Assembly (NCBI GenBank): GCA_043725085.1
Contig: JAYSLY010000014.1
Coordinates: 2,748-66,747 of the forward strand
Direction of reading: 5' to 3'
Source: a bacterium
GTDB lineage: Bacteria > Patescibacteriota > Minisyncoccia > Moranbacterales > UBA2206
Length of the DNA stretch: 64,000 nucleotides
A program made the position numbers and the translations under genes. The notes beneath the pieces were generated by a model. It was not told the origin of the DNA and did no database searches. It worked only from the letters and a program-made list of their open reading frames with translations. Each line of letters starts with the position of its first letter. The stretch's first letter is position 1. This document shows, one piece after another, positions 1-8,965 of this stretch.

Positions 1-51
1 TTTCCAATCCCATTAATCCCGTAAATAGCGATGAATTTCCCTTTTTGCATA

Positions 52-552
52 TTAGTAAATTATTTTGTATTTTAAAACAACTGAATCAGTATTAATCTTT
101 TCCACATTCAATAGCTTTAAGTTTAAATCAAAATCTCCCTTAAAAAGCGAAAGGCCTTCGCCAAATATCTTCGGTTCAATTGTAATATATATTTCGTCAA
201 CCATTTTATGTTCCAAAAACAAACCATTAAGAAATGCCCCTCCGCCGAGCACTGCTAAATCATAGCCCATTTTTTCTAATTCTTTGATGACATCTTCTGG
301 CTCGCCAGAAACCCACTTCACCCCGTCAATCAGCTTTGGATTTTTTTCCAGCGTGAAAACCACATTCAAACGATCTTTTAGTGGCGAGGGAAAAGTGAAA
401 AAGGTTTTATCTCCCATAATCACGACTCCTGCTTCTTTGGAAGTTTTGGCAAAAAAAATTTTATCTTCTTTGCTTGTCCAATCAGGAAAATGCTCACTTG
501 TTTTAGCAATTTTTCCATCCAGCGTCATTGCCATCATCATTATGATTTTCAT
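52..552 (-). CDS. dihydrofolate reductase family protein (RibD C-terminal/DHFR-like)
   Basis: The 166-aa ORF has a DHFR-like N-terminus (MKIIMMMAMTLDGKIAK...) and the motifs GVVIMGDKTF and LAVLGGGAF. It sits directly downstream of thyA in the same orientation. Confidence 0.7.
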   Translation of the reverse strand: MKIIMMMAMTLDGKIAKTSEHFPDWTSKEDKIFFAKTSKEAGVVIMGDKTFFTFPSPLKDRLNVVFTLEKNPKLIDGVKWVSGEPEDVIKELEKMGYDLAVLGGGAFLNGLFLEHKMVDEIYITIEPKIFGEGLSLFKGDFDLNLKLLNVEKINTDSVVLKYKIIY

Positions 553-563
553 AGTTTTTATTT

Positions 564-1376
564 CTAAATTGCGATCGGTGCTTTAATTCCAGGATATGGA
601 TCATATCCGACTAATTCAAAATCTTCAAACTTAAAATCAAAAATATCCTTTACTTCCGGGTTAATTAACATCTGCGGTAATTTTCTCGGCTCGCGGGAAA
701 GTTGCAAATCAACTTGTTCAAAATGATTTTTATAGATATGCACGTCGCCCAGTGTATGGACAAATTCACCTGGTTGAAGTCCGCAAGCTTGAGCCATCAT
801 CATCGTCAGTAATGAGTATGAGGCAATATTAAAAGGCACTCCCAAAAATACATCGCAACTTCTTTGATAGAGCTGGCAAGATAATTTTCCATTAGCAACG
901 TAAAACTGAAATAATAAATGACACGGTGGCGGGGATGTTTTGGTCCCGCGCACCAATCCGCGTAAATCTCCGACATTCCAGCCACTGACCATAATGCGAC
1001 GTGAATCGGGATTTTTTCTAATCATTTCTTGCGCCTCAGCGATTTGATTGATTTTTATTCCATCATTAGCTTCCCAACGCACCCACTGCTTGCCATAGAT
1101 TGGTCCCAGCTCACCATTCTCATCCGCCCACTCATCCCAAATTGTCACGCCATGATCGTTTAGATATTTAATGTTTGTATCACCCTTCAAAAACCAAAGT
1201 AATTCATAGATAATTGATTTCAGATGGGTTTTTTTTGTCGTCACCAAAGGAAAGCCTTCACTCAAATCAAAGCGCATTTGGTAACCGAACAGGCTACGCG
1301 TCCCCGTTCCGGTCCGATCACTTTTATCAACGCCTTTTTCTTTAATCGTTTTTAATAAATCCAAATAATTTTGCAT
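564..1376 (-). CDS. thyA: thymidylate synthase
   Basis: The 270-aa ORF carries the conserved ThyA motifs [21 protein letters not shown] and the PPCH..FQFYV region with the catalytic Cys. Confidence 0.92.
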   Translation of the reverse strand: MQNYLDLLKTIKEKGVDKSDRTGTGTRSLFGYQMRFDLSEGFPLVTTKKTHLKSIIYELLWFLKGDTNIKYLNDHGVTIWDEWADENGELGPIYGKQWVRWEANDGIKINQIAEAQEMIRKNPDSRRIMVSGWNVGDLRGLVRGTKTSPPPCHLLFQFYVANGKLSCQLYQRSCDVFLGVPFNIASYSLLTMMMAQACGLQPGEFVHTLGDVHIYKNHFEQVDLQLSREPRKLPQMLINPEVKDIFDFKFEDFELVGYDPYPGIKAPIAI

Positions 1377-1419
1377 AATTATTTTTTCTGTTTTTTACTA
1401 AATTAGCTTTTATTAAAAA

Positions 1420-1917
1420 TTACATATCCGCATAAGTCTGCATTTTTGCGTTGACTAAGTTATAGGCGATTCCGGCTTCTTGGAAAATTTCCTTACTTCT
1501 CTCTCCTGCATGATAATCTAAGTTACATACTACTTTTTTAATCCCAGCATTAATAATCATCTTGGCACAAGTATAGCAAGGGGTCATATGGCAATATAGC
1601 GTTGCCCCTTCCAATGAAATGCCAAAACGTGCGGCGTTTGCAATTGCATTTAATTCCGCATGGCTTGTTCTAATGCAATGCCGAGTTTCTTTGCCATCTT
1701 CATGCGTAACAGTGTGCATTTCATGGCCAATTTCGTCACAATGCTTTGTGCCAATCGGCGAACCGACATATCCTGTTGAAAGTATTCTTTTATCTTTGGC
1801 GATAACACAACCGGAACGACCACGATCGCAGGTGCCTCTTGAGCCTACTAATTCCACCAGGTTTAAAAAATATTCGTCCCAAGACGGTCGCCGATATTGC
1901 TCTTTTTCTTCTTCCAT
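1420..1917 (-). CDS. deoxycytidylate (dCMP) deaminase
   Basis: The 165-aa ORF has the zinc-binding cytidine/dCMP deaminase motifs HAELNA and PCYTCAKMI, consistent with a ComEB/dCMP-deaminase-like protein. Confidence 0.85.
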   Translation of the reverse strand: MEEEKEQYRRPSWDEYFLNLVELVGSRGTCDRGRSGCVIAKDKRILSTGYVGSPIGTKHCDEIGHEMHTVTHEDGKETRHCIRTSHAELNAIANAARFGISLEGATLYCHMTPCYTCAKMIINAGIKKVVCNLDYHAGERSKEIFQEAGIAYNLVNAKMQTYADM

Positions 1918-1918
1918 A

Positions 1919-2476
1919 TTATTTTCCCTCCCCCAAATCTTTAATTATTTTATCCACTTGATGATAGAGCTCCAAAAATGTCCCTTCGTTGTTGACCACA
2001 AAATCAGCGTAATTTTTCAAATCCTTAATCTGCGACTCCGCTTCTCTTTGATGATCTGCCACAAATTCAGAATAAGGCTTGTGAGCATCATCGGTATTTT
2101 CTCGTCTATTGATAATCCGCTGATAGCGAATGTCGATATTCGCCTCAACATAGATTAATTTGAAACCTTCCAGGTTTTTGAGATATTTGATATCCGCCAT
2201 TCTGCGCACACCGTCAATTGCCACGATTTGATGCGAGTCTTCCTCGGCGTCATGCGCCACAACCATTGAGAGAATATCGTCATTGAAATTTTCGCGAAAA
2301 ATAGTGGAAATTTTTTGCAAATTTTCCCGACTTTCTTCCAAATGCATCCTTCTTGCCACGTCACGAAGCGCTGTTGAAAAGCGATGCGAGCTGCCTTTGT
2401 GTTTTTCTTCAATATGCTTTGCTAGTGTGCCCTTTCCGCTGGCAATCTCTCCGGCAATGCCCAAAATTATTTTCAT
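1919..2476 (-). CDS. P-loop nucleotide/nucleoside kinase (dNMP-kinase / dephospho-CoA-kinase-like fold)
   Basis: The N-terminus carries a Walker A motif (GIAGEIASGKGT). The gene lies in the thyA/dCMP-deaminase cluster; the substrate cannot be called from sequence alone. Confidence 0.5.
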   Translation of the reverse strand: MKIILGIAGEIASGKGTLAKHIEEKHKGSSHRFSTALRDVARRMHLEESRENLQKISTIFRENFNDDILSMVVAHDAEEDSHQIVAIDGVRRMADIKYLKNLEGFKLIYVEANIDIRYQRIINRRENTDDAHKPYSEFVADHQREAESQIKDLKNYADFVVNNEGTFLELYHQVDKIIKDLGEGK

Positions 2477-2537
2477 GTCATTTTTCTTTTAGTGCTTATC
2501 TAGTTTTTATATTCTACTAGATTTAGCTTCGGGCGTC

Positions 2538-2574
2538 AAAAAACAAAAAGCCATCAAGTGATTCCCCTGATGAC
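2538..2574 (-). terminator. putative rho-independent terminator downstream of ftsX
   Basis: On the minus strand the stem GTCATCA...TGATGGC (7 bp, one G·U wobble) has an 11-nt loop and is followed by TTTTTGTTTTTT. Confidence 0.45.
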
Positions 2575-2596
2575 TTTTTTGAAATTTGTCAAATGC

Positions 2597-3505
2597 CTAA
2601 ATTTTAAGATATTTTCTAATCGCAAACCAGCTGCTAATTGATCCCAGGAGCGCCCCGATCAGAAGTTGCATGCCAAAAATTACCACCAAATTAGAAAGAA
2701 AAAGTGAAATCATGTTGACACTTGGGATGAGATGCGTTGTGAAGCGCTCTGAGGACTTCAGGGCGATAAATAGCAGCAGTGTGGAGATAATTGAAGCGAC
2801 AAGGCCATAGATAATGCCTTCAAAAATAAACGGCAAACGGATGAAAGTATTAGACGCGCCGACCAAGCGCATCACTTCCACCTCTTTTCTGTGGGTATAG
2901 ATTGTGATCCGCACAGTATTAAAAATAATCAAAAGTGAAATAATTGAGAATAATCCCGCCACGCCCAATCCGATTTTTCGCACTTCCGCCACAATACTGT
3001 TCAGTCGATCAATCACTTCCTTATTTTTTCCATAATTTACCCGGCTAATGTCATCTTTAAAAGAAGCGTTTCCCAAATAGGCGCCCACCATTTCATACTG
3101 ATTTGGATCATTCGCCTGAATAATCAAATAGGAAAGCAACGGATTACCGCCAATTTCGTCCAATGATTGCAAAATTACCGGCTCTGAGGCACTATTTTTC
3201 TTGAAATTTTCCAAGGCTTGCTCTTTCGTGACATATTCCACTGATTTTATCTCGCTATAATTTTCCAGATCTTGTTTGGCTTTCAAGATTGATTCCTCAG
3301 GCACACTGGATTTGAAATAGACACTGACATTCACTTTCTCTTGCATATTTTGAAGAACATTATCCGCAGTGAGCACGATAACATAGAGAGAGCTGACAGT
3401 GAAGAGGCACAGAAGCATCACGCTAACCGCAGCCACACTCAAATAGCCATTGCGAAAAAAATTATTCCATCCGCCTTTGATTGTTCGTCTAATAGTTAGA
3501 AACAT
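2597..3505 (-). CDS. ftsX: cell division permease FtsX
   Basis: The 302-aa ORF has the FtsX topology: an N-terminal TM segment, an extracellular loop domain and C-terminal TM helices. It lies immediately downstream of ftsE. Confidence 0.8.
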   Translation of the reverse strand: MFLTIRRTIKGGWNNFFRNGYLSVAAVSVMLLCLFTVSSLYVIVLTADNVLQNMQEKVNVSVYFKSSVPEESILKAKQDLENYSEIKSVEYVTKEQALENFKKNSASEPVILQSLDEIGGNPLLSYLIIQANDPNQYEMVGAYLGNASFKDDISRVNYGKNKEVIDRLNSIVAEVRKIGLGVAGLFSIISLLIIFNTVRITIYTHRKEVEVMRLVGASNTFIRLPFIFEGIIYGLVASIISTLLLFIALKSSERFTTHLIPSVNMISLFLSNLVVIFGMQLLIGALLGSISSWFAIRKYLKI

Positions 3506-3510
3506 AGTAT

Positions 3511-4200
3511 TTAGGAAATCTTATATTTACCTTTTTCGTCATCAAAAATAACCCGACCTTTCTCGAGCACAACCACTCTCTTTGCCGCTTTATTTACGAT
3601 ATCTCGGTCATGACTAGCCAGCACAACTGTCGTGCCTAGTTTGTTAATTTTCAAAAGTAGCTGCATAATTTCCAAAGAAGAAACCGGATCAAGATTGCCT
3701 GTCGGCTCATCAGCGATGATTACTAATGGTTTGTGAATAAGCGCTCTTGCCATAGCAACTCGTTGCTGCTCCCCGCCGGAAAGTTCGTGGGGATATTTAT
3801 TTTGCTGATCTCCTAAGCCCACGATTTCCAATATTTGAGGTACATCCTCAAGAATTTCCTCTCGCGGTGCGCCACAAACTTCCAGGGCATAGGCCACGTT
3901 TTCAAATGCGGTTTTTTTGTTCAGCAATTTAAAATCCTGAAAAACTGTCCCGATATTTCTTCGATGCTCCGAGATGCGCCTTCTACTGATACTATCAAGA
4001 GGTTTTTCGGCAAAAAATACTTGCCCCTCGGTTGGAGCCTCTTCGGCATAAATCATCTTGAGGATTGTTGATTTTCCGGCACCACTCTGACCAACAATGG
4101 AAACGAACTCCCCTGCTTTGATTTCCAGATTAATATCCTCCAGCGCGATATAGTTATCTTTATAGATTTTCGAAACCTTATCAAACTTAATCATTGCCAT
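3511..4200 (-). CDS. ftsE: cell division ATP-binding protein FtsE
   Basis: An ABC ATPase with Walker A (GQSGAGKST), the ABC signature (LSGGEQQRV) and Walker B (VIIADEPTGNLD), paired with ftsX. Confidence 0.9.
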   Translation of the reverse strand: MAMIKFDKVSKIYKDNYIALEDINLEIKAGEFVSIVGQSGAGKSTILKMIYAEEAPTEGQVFFAEKPLDSISRRRISEHRRNIGTVFQDFKLLNKKTAFENVAYALEVCGAPREEILEDVPQILEIVGLGDQQNKYPHELSGGEQQRVAMARALIHKPLVIIADEPTGNLDPVSSLEIMQLLLKINKLGTTVVLASHDRDIVNKAAKRVVVLEKGRVIFDDEKGKYKIS

Positions 4201-4238
4201 TTCTCTTTTTATTATTATTTCATTTGTAACCTCTTATA

Positions 4239-5331
4239 TTATACACCGCTTTTAAAATATTTCAAATAGCTTTCCATAAATTCTTTCAAATTCCCCGCTA
4301 AAACGTCGTCGACTTGAGCTGTTTCCCATTTAGTCCTGTGATCTTTGACTAATTTATAGGGATGAACAACATAGGAACGAATCTGACTGCCCCATTCCGC
4401 GCTCGACTTCTCGCCACGCAACTTTCTTTTTTCCGCTTCAACTTCTTCCAAATATTTTTTGTGCAATTTGGCAGTGAGAATTCGCATCGCTTGTTCCTTG
4501 TTTTGCAACTGACTCCTTTCATTTTGACACGAAGCCACCGTTCCCGTGGGAACGTGGGTAATCCGCACTGCGCTATCAGTCGTGTTCACGCTTTGCCCGC
4601 CAGCTCCCGAAGAACGATAAACATCCACCCGCAAATCCTCCGGATTGATTTTTACTTCCTTGATTTCTCCGATAATTGGCAGGATTTCTACGACTGCAAA
4701 AGAAGTTTGGCGCAGATTATCTGAATTAAAGGGCGAGAGTCGCACCAACCGATGCGTACCCATTTCACTTTTTAGGTAGCCATAGCTATAGGCACCAGCA
4801 ACTTCCAGCGTCGCGCTTTTTATTCCTGCTTCTTGTCCGCGCGTTTCATCAACAAGTTTCATCTTGAAACCATTTTTTTCACCCCATTTCAGATACATTC
4901 GCAAAAGCATTTCCGCCCAATCCTGCGCGTCCACGCCGCCGGCACCGGAATAGATATTCAAAATAGCGTCATTTGCATCATACTCTCCACCCAAAAGCGT
5001 CTTGAATTCCAGTTCTGAAATGGCCTTCTCCACTTCGACGATTTTTTGCTCCAACTCTTTTTCATCTTGCAACGTTTCAACCATTTTGGAAAATTCAATC
5101 AGCTCATCCAACTCTTTTTCCAAGCTTTCGAAAGAAGCTATTTCTGTGCTTAGTCTCTCCAATTCTCGCATAACTTGCGAAGCTTTTTGATTATCACTCC
5201 AGAAATCCGTCGCGCGCGACTGGTCCTCAAGCTCAAAAACTTTCTGTTTTTTTTGGGCTAAGTCAAAGACAGTCCCGAAGATTCGGGAGTTTATTTTTTA
5301 GCTCTTCGATTTTTTGAGTAAAGTTTTGCAT
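4239..5331 (-). CDS. prfB: peptide chain release factor 2 with programmed +1 frameshift
   Basis: The GGQ motif (SGAGGQSVNTTDSAVRITHVPTG) is present. Frame 1 starts at ATG 5331 (MQNFTQKIEELKNKLPNLRDCL) and runs into CTT TGA C at 5268..5262. A +1 shift there continues as DLAQKKQKVFELEDQ... in frame with the 310-aa ORF. Confidence 0.9.
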
Positions 5332-5335
5332 GTTG

Positions 5336-6073
5336 TTATTCCACTAAGAGTATTCCTAACATTAACCCGATTCCGACTAAAAATGCAAGTACTTGAAAAA
5401 TCCCTTTTTTGGCTTCATTTTGCTTGTGAAGCTCCGGGATCAAATCTGTTCCTGCGACATAGATGAATCCGCCAGCCGCAAAAGGAATGAGAAATCGTGT
5501 TGGATCGATATTGGCATTAATTGCCAGCACTATCACAGCGCCAATTATCGCCACAAGAGCACTGAGAAAATTGTAGAGCAAAGCTTTTCCAACAGAAAAA
5601 CCGCCATACAAAAGCGACGCAAAATTACCAAACTCGTGAGGAATTTCATGAAAAATCACCGCTATGGTTGTGGCGATGCCCAAAGGCACGCTCACGATGA
5701 AACTTGCGGCAATCACCATTCCATCAATAAAATTATGCAATGCGTCTCCAACCAGAATTATGTAGGAAAAGGGATGCGGATGATCGGCACAAGGCTCCTC
5801 GTGGCAATGTCGCCAATGCAACACTTTTTCTAAAATAAAAAAAAGGAAAATTCCTCCCAGGATGTAGAGCGATGGCCAAATGTTGGAACTTTCACGAAAA
5901 GCATTGGGAATGAGATGGATAAAAGCATCGCCCATCAAAGTCCCTGCCGAAAGACTCACGAGATAAATCAAATATTTATATAATTTATTGCGGTCTATCG
6001 CAAGAGTAAAAACCCCGATAAGTGAAATCAGGCTAACAATGAAAACCGAGCATAAAGTATAAATCCAGAGCAT
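5336..6073 (-). CDS. ZIP family metal (zinc) transporter
   Basis: The 245-aa polytopic membrane protein has the ZIP signature HEIPHEFGNF and a His-rich loop (HWRHCHEEPCADHPHP). Confidence 0.8.
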   Translation of the reverse strand: MLWIYTLCSVFIVSLISLIGVFTLAIDRNKLYKYLIYLVSLSAGTLMGDAFIHLIPNAFRESSNIWPSLYILGGIFLFFILEKVLHWRHCHEEPCADHPHPFSYIILVGDALHNFIDGMVIAASFIVSVPLGIATTIAVIFHEIPHEFGNFASLLYGGFSVGKALLYNFLSALVAIIGAVIVLAINANIDPTRFLIPFAAGGFIYVAGTDLIPELHKQNEAKKGIFQVLAFLVGIGLMLGILLVE

Positions 6074-6106
6074 AAAAAAATAAATGACACCTGCGTACGT
6101 ATAAAA

Positions 6107-6625
6107 TTATAAAAACCTTTTAATAAGTTCAATATGTCCCATCTCCGCTTGCATTATCGCGCCAAAAAACTTGCGCACATGTTCTTCTGATGCTTCGACT
6201 GCAAATTTTTTATACAGCTCAACAGCATGATCTTCCAACTCGATTGTTTTTTTGAAATTCTCCAAATCATCACTGGAACAATTTTCCGCTTTTATTTCCG
6301 GCATTGTAATGTTCAAAAGTTTGGTTGCGATAATCGCGTGCTCCAATTCCACTTTCGCCAAGCGCTTATACATTTTTACGATCTTATATTCCTTCGCTTC
6401 CCCCGCCATGCAAAGATAAATTGCATTTGCCCGTGTTTCCAGCGCCAATGTTTCCATGAGATTTTTTTTGGAAAGCTCGCTAATTTCAGTTTTAATTTCC
6501 GCTATCGGCTCGGCCTGCGATCCGTTTTTGATAAAATTTCCCTTTGCTCCGCAAAAAGGACAATCACTCGGCCGCTCTTCGCCAATATAGGCATCACCGC
6601 AAATTTCACAGATATATAGTTGCAT
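6107..6625 (-). CDS. rubrerythrin-like ferritin-fold protein with N-terminal rubredoxin-like zinc ribbon
   Basis: An N-terminal CEICGD...CPFCGA motif is followed by E..H diiron-type helices (ELEHAI, EMGHIE), a domain order reversed from canonical rubrerythrin. Confidence 0.6.
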   Translation of the reverse strand: MQLYICEICGDAYIGEERPSDCPFCGAKGNFIKNGSQAEPIAEIKTEISELSKKNLMETLALETRANAIYLCMAGEAKEYKIVKMYKRLAKVELEHAIIATKLLNITMPEIKAENCSSDDLENFKKTIELEDHAVELYKKFAVEASEEHVRKFFGAIMQAEMGHIELIKRFL

Positions 6626-6669
6626 ATAGTTGAATTATTTAGTTATTTATTATATTATAAATTAGTTGC

Positions 6670-6686
6670 CATCTTAGCTCAGTTTC
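6670..6686 (+). repeat. 17-nt duplicate of the 5' end of tRNA-Thr (partial tRNA remnant)
   Basis: GCCATCTTAGCTCAGTT is identical to the first 17 nt of the tRNA at 6747. It is followed by the GC-rich hairpin CCGCC-AGA-GGCGG and no tRNA cloverleaf can be completed. Confidence 0.6.
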
Positions 6687-6746
6687 CGCCAGAGGCGGAC
6701 AGGGTCCGAGCGACGGCCGATTGACGCATTTTTGAAAACCAGACAA

Positions 6747-6822
6747 GCCATCTTAGCTCAGTTGGTAGAGCGACGGTATCGTAAACCGTAGGTCATCAGT
6801 TCGATCCTGATAGATGGCTCCA
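6747..6822 (+). tRNA. tRNA-Thr (anticodon CGT)
   Basis: A manual cloverleaf gives acceptor GCCATCT/AGATGGC, D arm GCTC..GAGC, anticodon stem ACGGT/ACCGT with loop ATCGTAA, a TΨC loop TTCGATC, and an encoded CCA. Confidence 0.85.
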
Positions 6823-6856
6823 AAATCTAAGCTTACGCAAAATAACCCCACACAGG

Positions 6857-8938
6857 TTACGGCGTCGTAGCATTGAGAATCACTTCGACTCTTTTTTCAT
6901 TCATCGGAATTTTGCTGACAAAAAGTTGTGGGAAATATTCCACTTCTGCTTTTTCTATGTTAGGATAGGTTTTCAAATATTCCCCCAACTCGTCATTATT
7001 TTTTCCCAAAATCCCTCTCTTTAAATTCCCCAAGTCAATATTGGGCTGCATAACATTCGAAGCATGCGTTTTTATCTCAATTGTTCCAAGTTTGAAATTA
7101 GCATTAGGCTTTCCATAATCAATAAGTACCGTTCCACTATCAATATTAATCTTGCCATTTCCCGATTTAGCAATAACAGAATTGGCAACTTTCTTAATAT
7201 CACTCTCGAAAAAAACCAACGCTCGCGCATGCGCCTGAACTTTAATTTCAAAACTATCGGCTGTCTCGCCTTCTGAATTTGAAACACGATACACAGGTTC
7301 ATCAATTACAATTGCGTCATCCAAAACTACTGTTCCGGCAGCTGATTCTTTTACCTTATCCTTAATCGCACTATTTATTTCCAAAGAAATCTTGTCCTTA
7401 GCACCACTAATATCTTTATCCGTCACTACCTTGACAGCATCGTTGCCATTGCCACCACCCGCCATCTTCATTTCCGATTTAGCATAAATTTTAGTGTATT
7501 TATCATTTCCGCTGCTTTTGAACCCGGGAATAGTGAAACTAGTTGCATCAATATTATAGCTATCTCCCGCTTCATCCGCAACAATGTCTGCTTCCACCAC
7601 GCCAGGCTTAGTTTCACTGCCAACCACAGTTGTGCCGGGAACAGTCACTCCTTGCACCAGACGAAACATTTTCTGATTGTCACTCAAAAATCTTGTCGTT
7701 GCCACAAGTGGTTGCGGTGAGGAGCTAAATTCATTATAGATAGTAATTTTCCCTTTGGCTTTTTGATTGGAAACATTTTTTGAGCCAGTAGCATCAAAAG
7801 TCTTTGCCACCTCCTCATCAAATTCCATCAGTTTTGCCGGAATAATTGATTTGTCATAATCAATACTATCCGCGTTCACATCTCCAGTGATTGTCATATC
7901 AGCTGATTTAACTTCTTTTTTAGCAAAAATAGTAACTGTTGCCTTAGGAACATAAATATAGGCAACATAAGCTAATCCCAAAACCAAAACAACCGCTCCC
8001 AAGATCGTAACCGCCTTCAAAAATCTCCCGCTCTTTCCATTCGCCTCCTGTTTGCTGGAATCATATTTTTCCCCATTTTTATCTGAAAAATTATTAGCAT
8101 AAAAAAAGTTTTCCAGCTGCTTGTCTCTTGGAATTTCTTTTTGCTTGGTTTCATAGTCACGTGAAACATTTTGATCATACCCTTTTCGCGTTTTGCTAAA
8201 AGGAATTTCTGAAAATTCTTCAGGTACCGGATAAGTGTCAATACTTGCTTTTTGAGCAGGCACAGCACTTCGCATAGACCTACCCGCATCATTACGTGAA
8301 GCATTGCGGGCAGGCCCGCCTGCATCGTTATGCGAAGCATTTCGGGCAGGAGCCGACACATCCATTGTAGCCATATTTCGTTTTCTTGAGGCACCGCCAT
8401 CGCTCAAATTGCCATTAGCCACAGCCATTGTTTTTTCACCAAGGCCGACTTCAGGCAAAACTTCTTTTTCTTTTATCCTGTCTAGTTCATTCCAGTCCGC
8501 TTTCTGATCAGAAAAACTGCTATCGCGACTACCGGTCGCAAAATATTCCGCGGAACCAATTTTTTCTAAATTTCTCTTGCTGCGAGAATTAGTATCTCCC
8601 AATTCAGCTGTTTCTATTTCTTTTTTAAATTCCCGCTTGGGCCGATCATCTTCATCGCTAGCATCCCGCAATTCTTCAAGGCTATCTTCCAGCTTTTGCT
8701 GAAGAGAAATTCCGGCTTTTTTAACAAGCATCTTACCTAATTTATCTTGAGTAACAATACTGATTTTGAGCCCCAAATCATCAGCGACCTTTCGTAGCAA
8801 TTTCAGATTAACAATGCTTTGGATAAGCAATGCTCTTTTTGGCACAACCATGACTGCTTCCGGTGCTTCAGTTTTTCTCAATTTTTCCACAATCGAAGTT
8901 ATCTCTTCATCGATGTCGATATAAAATGTTTGATGCAT
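6857..8938 (-). CDS. hypothetical single-pass membrane protein (cytoplasmic N-domain, large extracellular region) downstream of ftsA
   Basis: The 693-aa ORF has one central TM helix (FLKAVTILGAVVLVLGLAYVAYIYV). A 13-aa tandem repeat (ARNAS[HR]NDAG x2) is encoded by a 39-bp DNA repeat near 8260..8340. Confidence 0.4.
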   Translation of the reverse strand: MHQTFYIDIDEEITSIVEKLRKTEAPEAVMVVPKRALLIQSIVNLKLLRKVADDLGLKISIVTQDKLGKMLVKKAGISLQQKLEDSLEELRDASDEDDRPKREFKKEIETAELGDTNSRSKRNLEKIGSAEYFATGSRDSSFSDQKADWNELDRIKEKEVLPEVGLGEKTMAVANGNLSDGGASRKRNMATMDVSAPARNASHNDAGGPARNASRNDAGRSMRSAVPAQKASIDTYPVPEEFSEIPFSKTRKGYDQNVSRDYETKQKEIPRDKQLENFFYANNFSDKNGEKYDSSKQEANGKSGRFLKAVTILGAVVLVLGLAYVAYIYVPKATVTIFAKKEVKSADMTITGDVNADSIDYDKSIIPAKLMEFDEEVAKTFDATGSKNVSNQKAKGKITIYNEFSSSPQPLVATTRFLSDNQKMFRLVQGVTVPGTTVVGSETKPGVVEADIVADEAGDSYNIDATSFTIPGFKSSGNDKYTKIYAKSEMKMAGGGNGNDAVKVVTDKDISGAKDKISLEINSAIKDKVKESAAGTVVLDDAIVIDEPVYRVSNSEGETADSFEIKVQAHARALVFFESDIKKVANSVIAKSGNGKINIDSGTVLIDYGKPNANFKLGTIEIKTHASNVMQPNIDLGNLKRGILGKNNDELGEYLKTYPNIEKAEVEYFPQLFVSKIPMNEKRVEVILNATTP

Positions 8939-8965
8939 AGCATTTCTCTTTACTAATTACTAAGC

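Noticed and set aside
1619-2158. Numerous plus-strand ORFs of 60-260 aa (e.g. 1619..2158, 9036..9671, 43992..44783, 61133..61747, 62552..63028).
   Set aside because: All lie antisense to well-supported minus-strand genes with recognisable motifs, have low-complexity or biased composition, and are typical shadow ORFs.
6670-6746. A possible second tRNA gene upstream of tRNA-Thr.
   Set aside because: Only the first 17 nt match a tRNA. No D-stem 3' half, anticodon arm or complementary acceptor 3' strand can be found, so it is a partial duplicate and not a tRNA.
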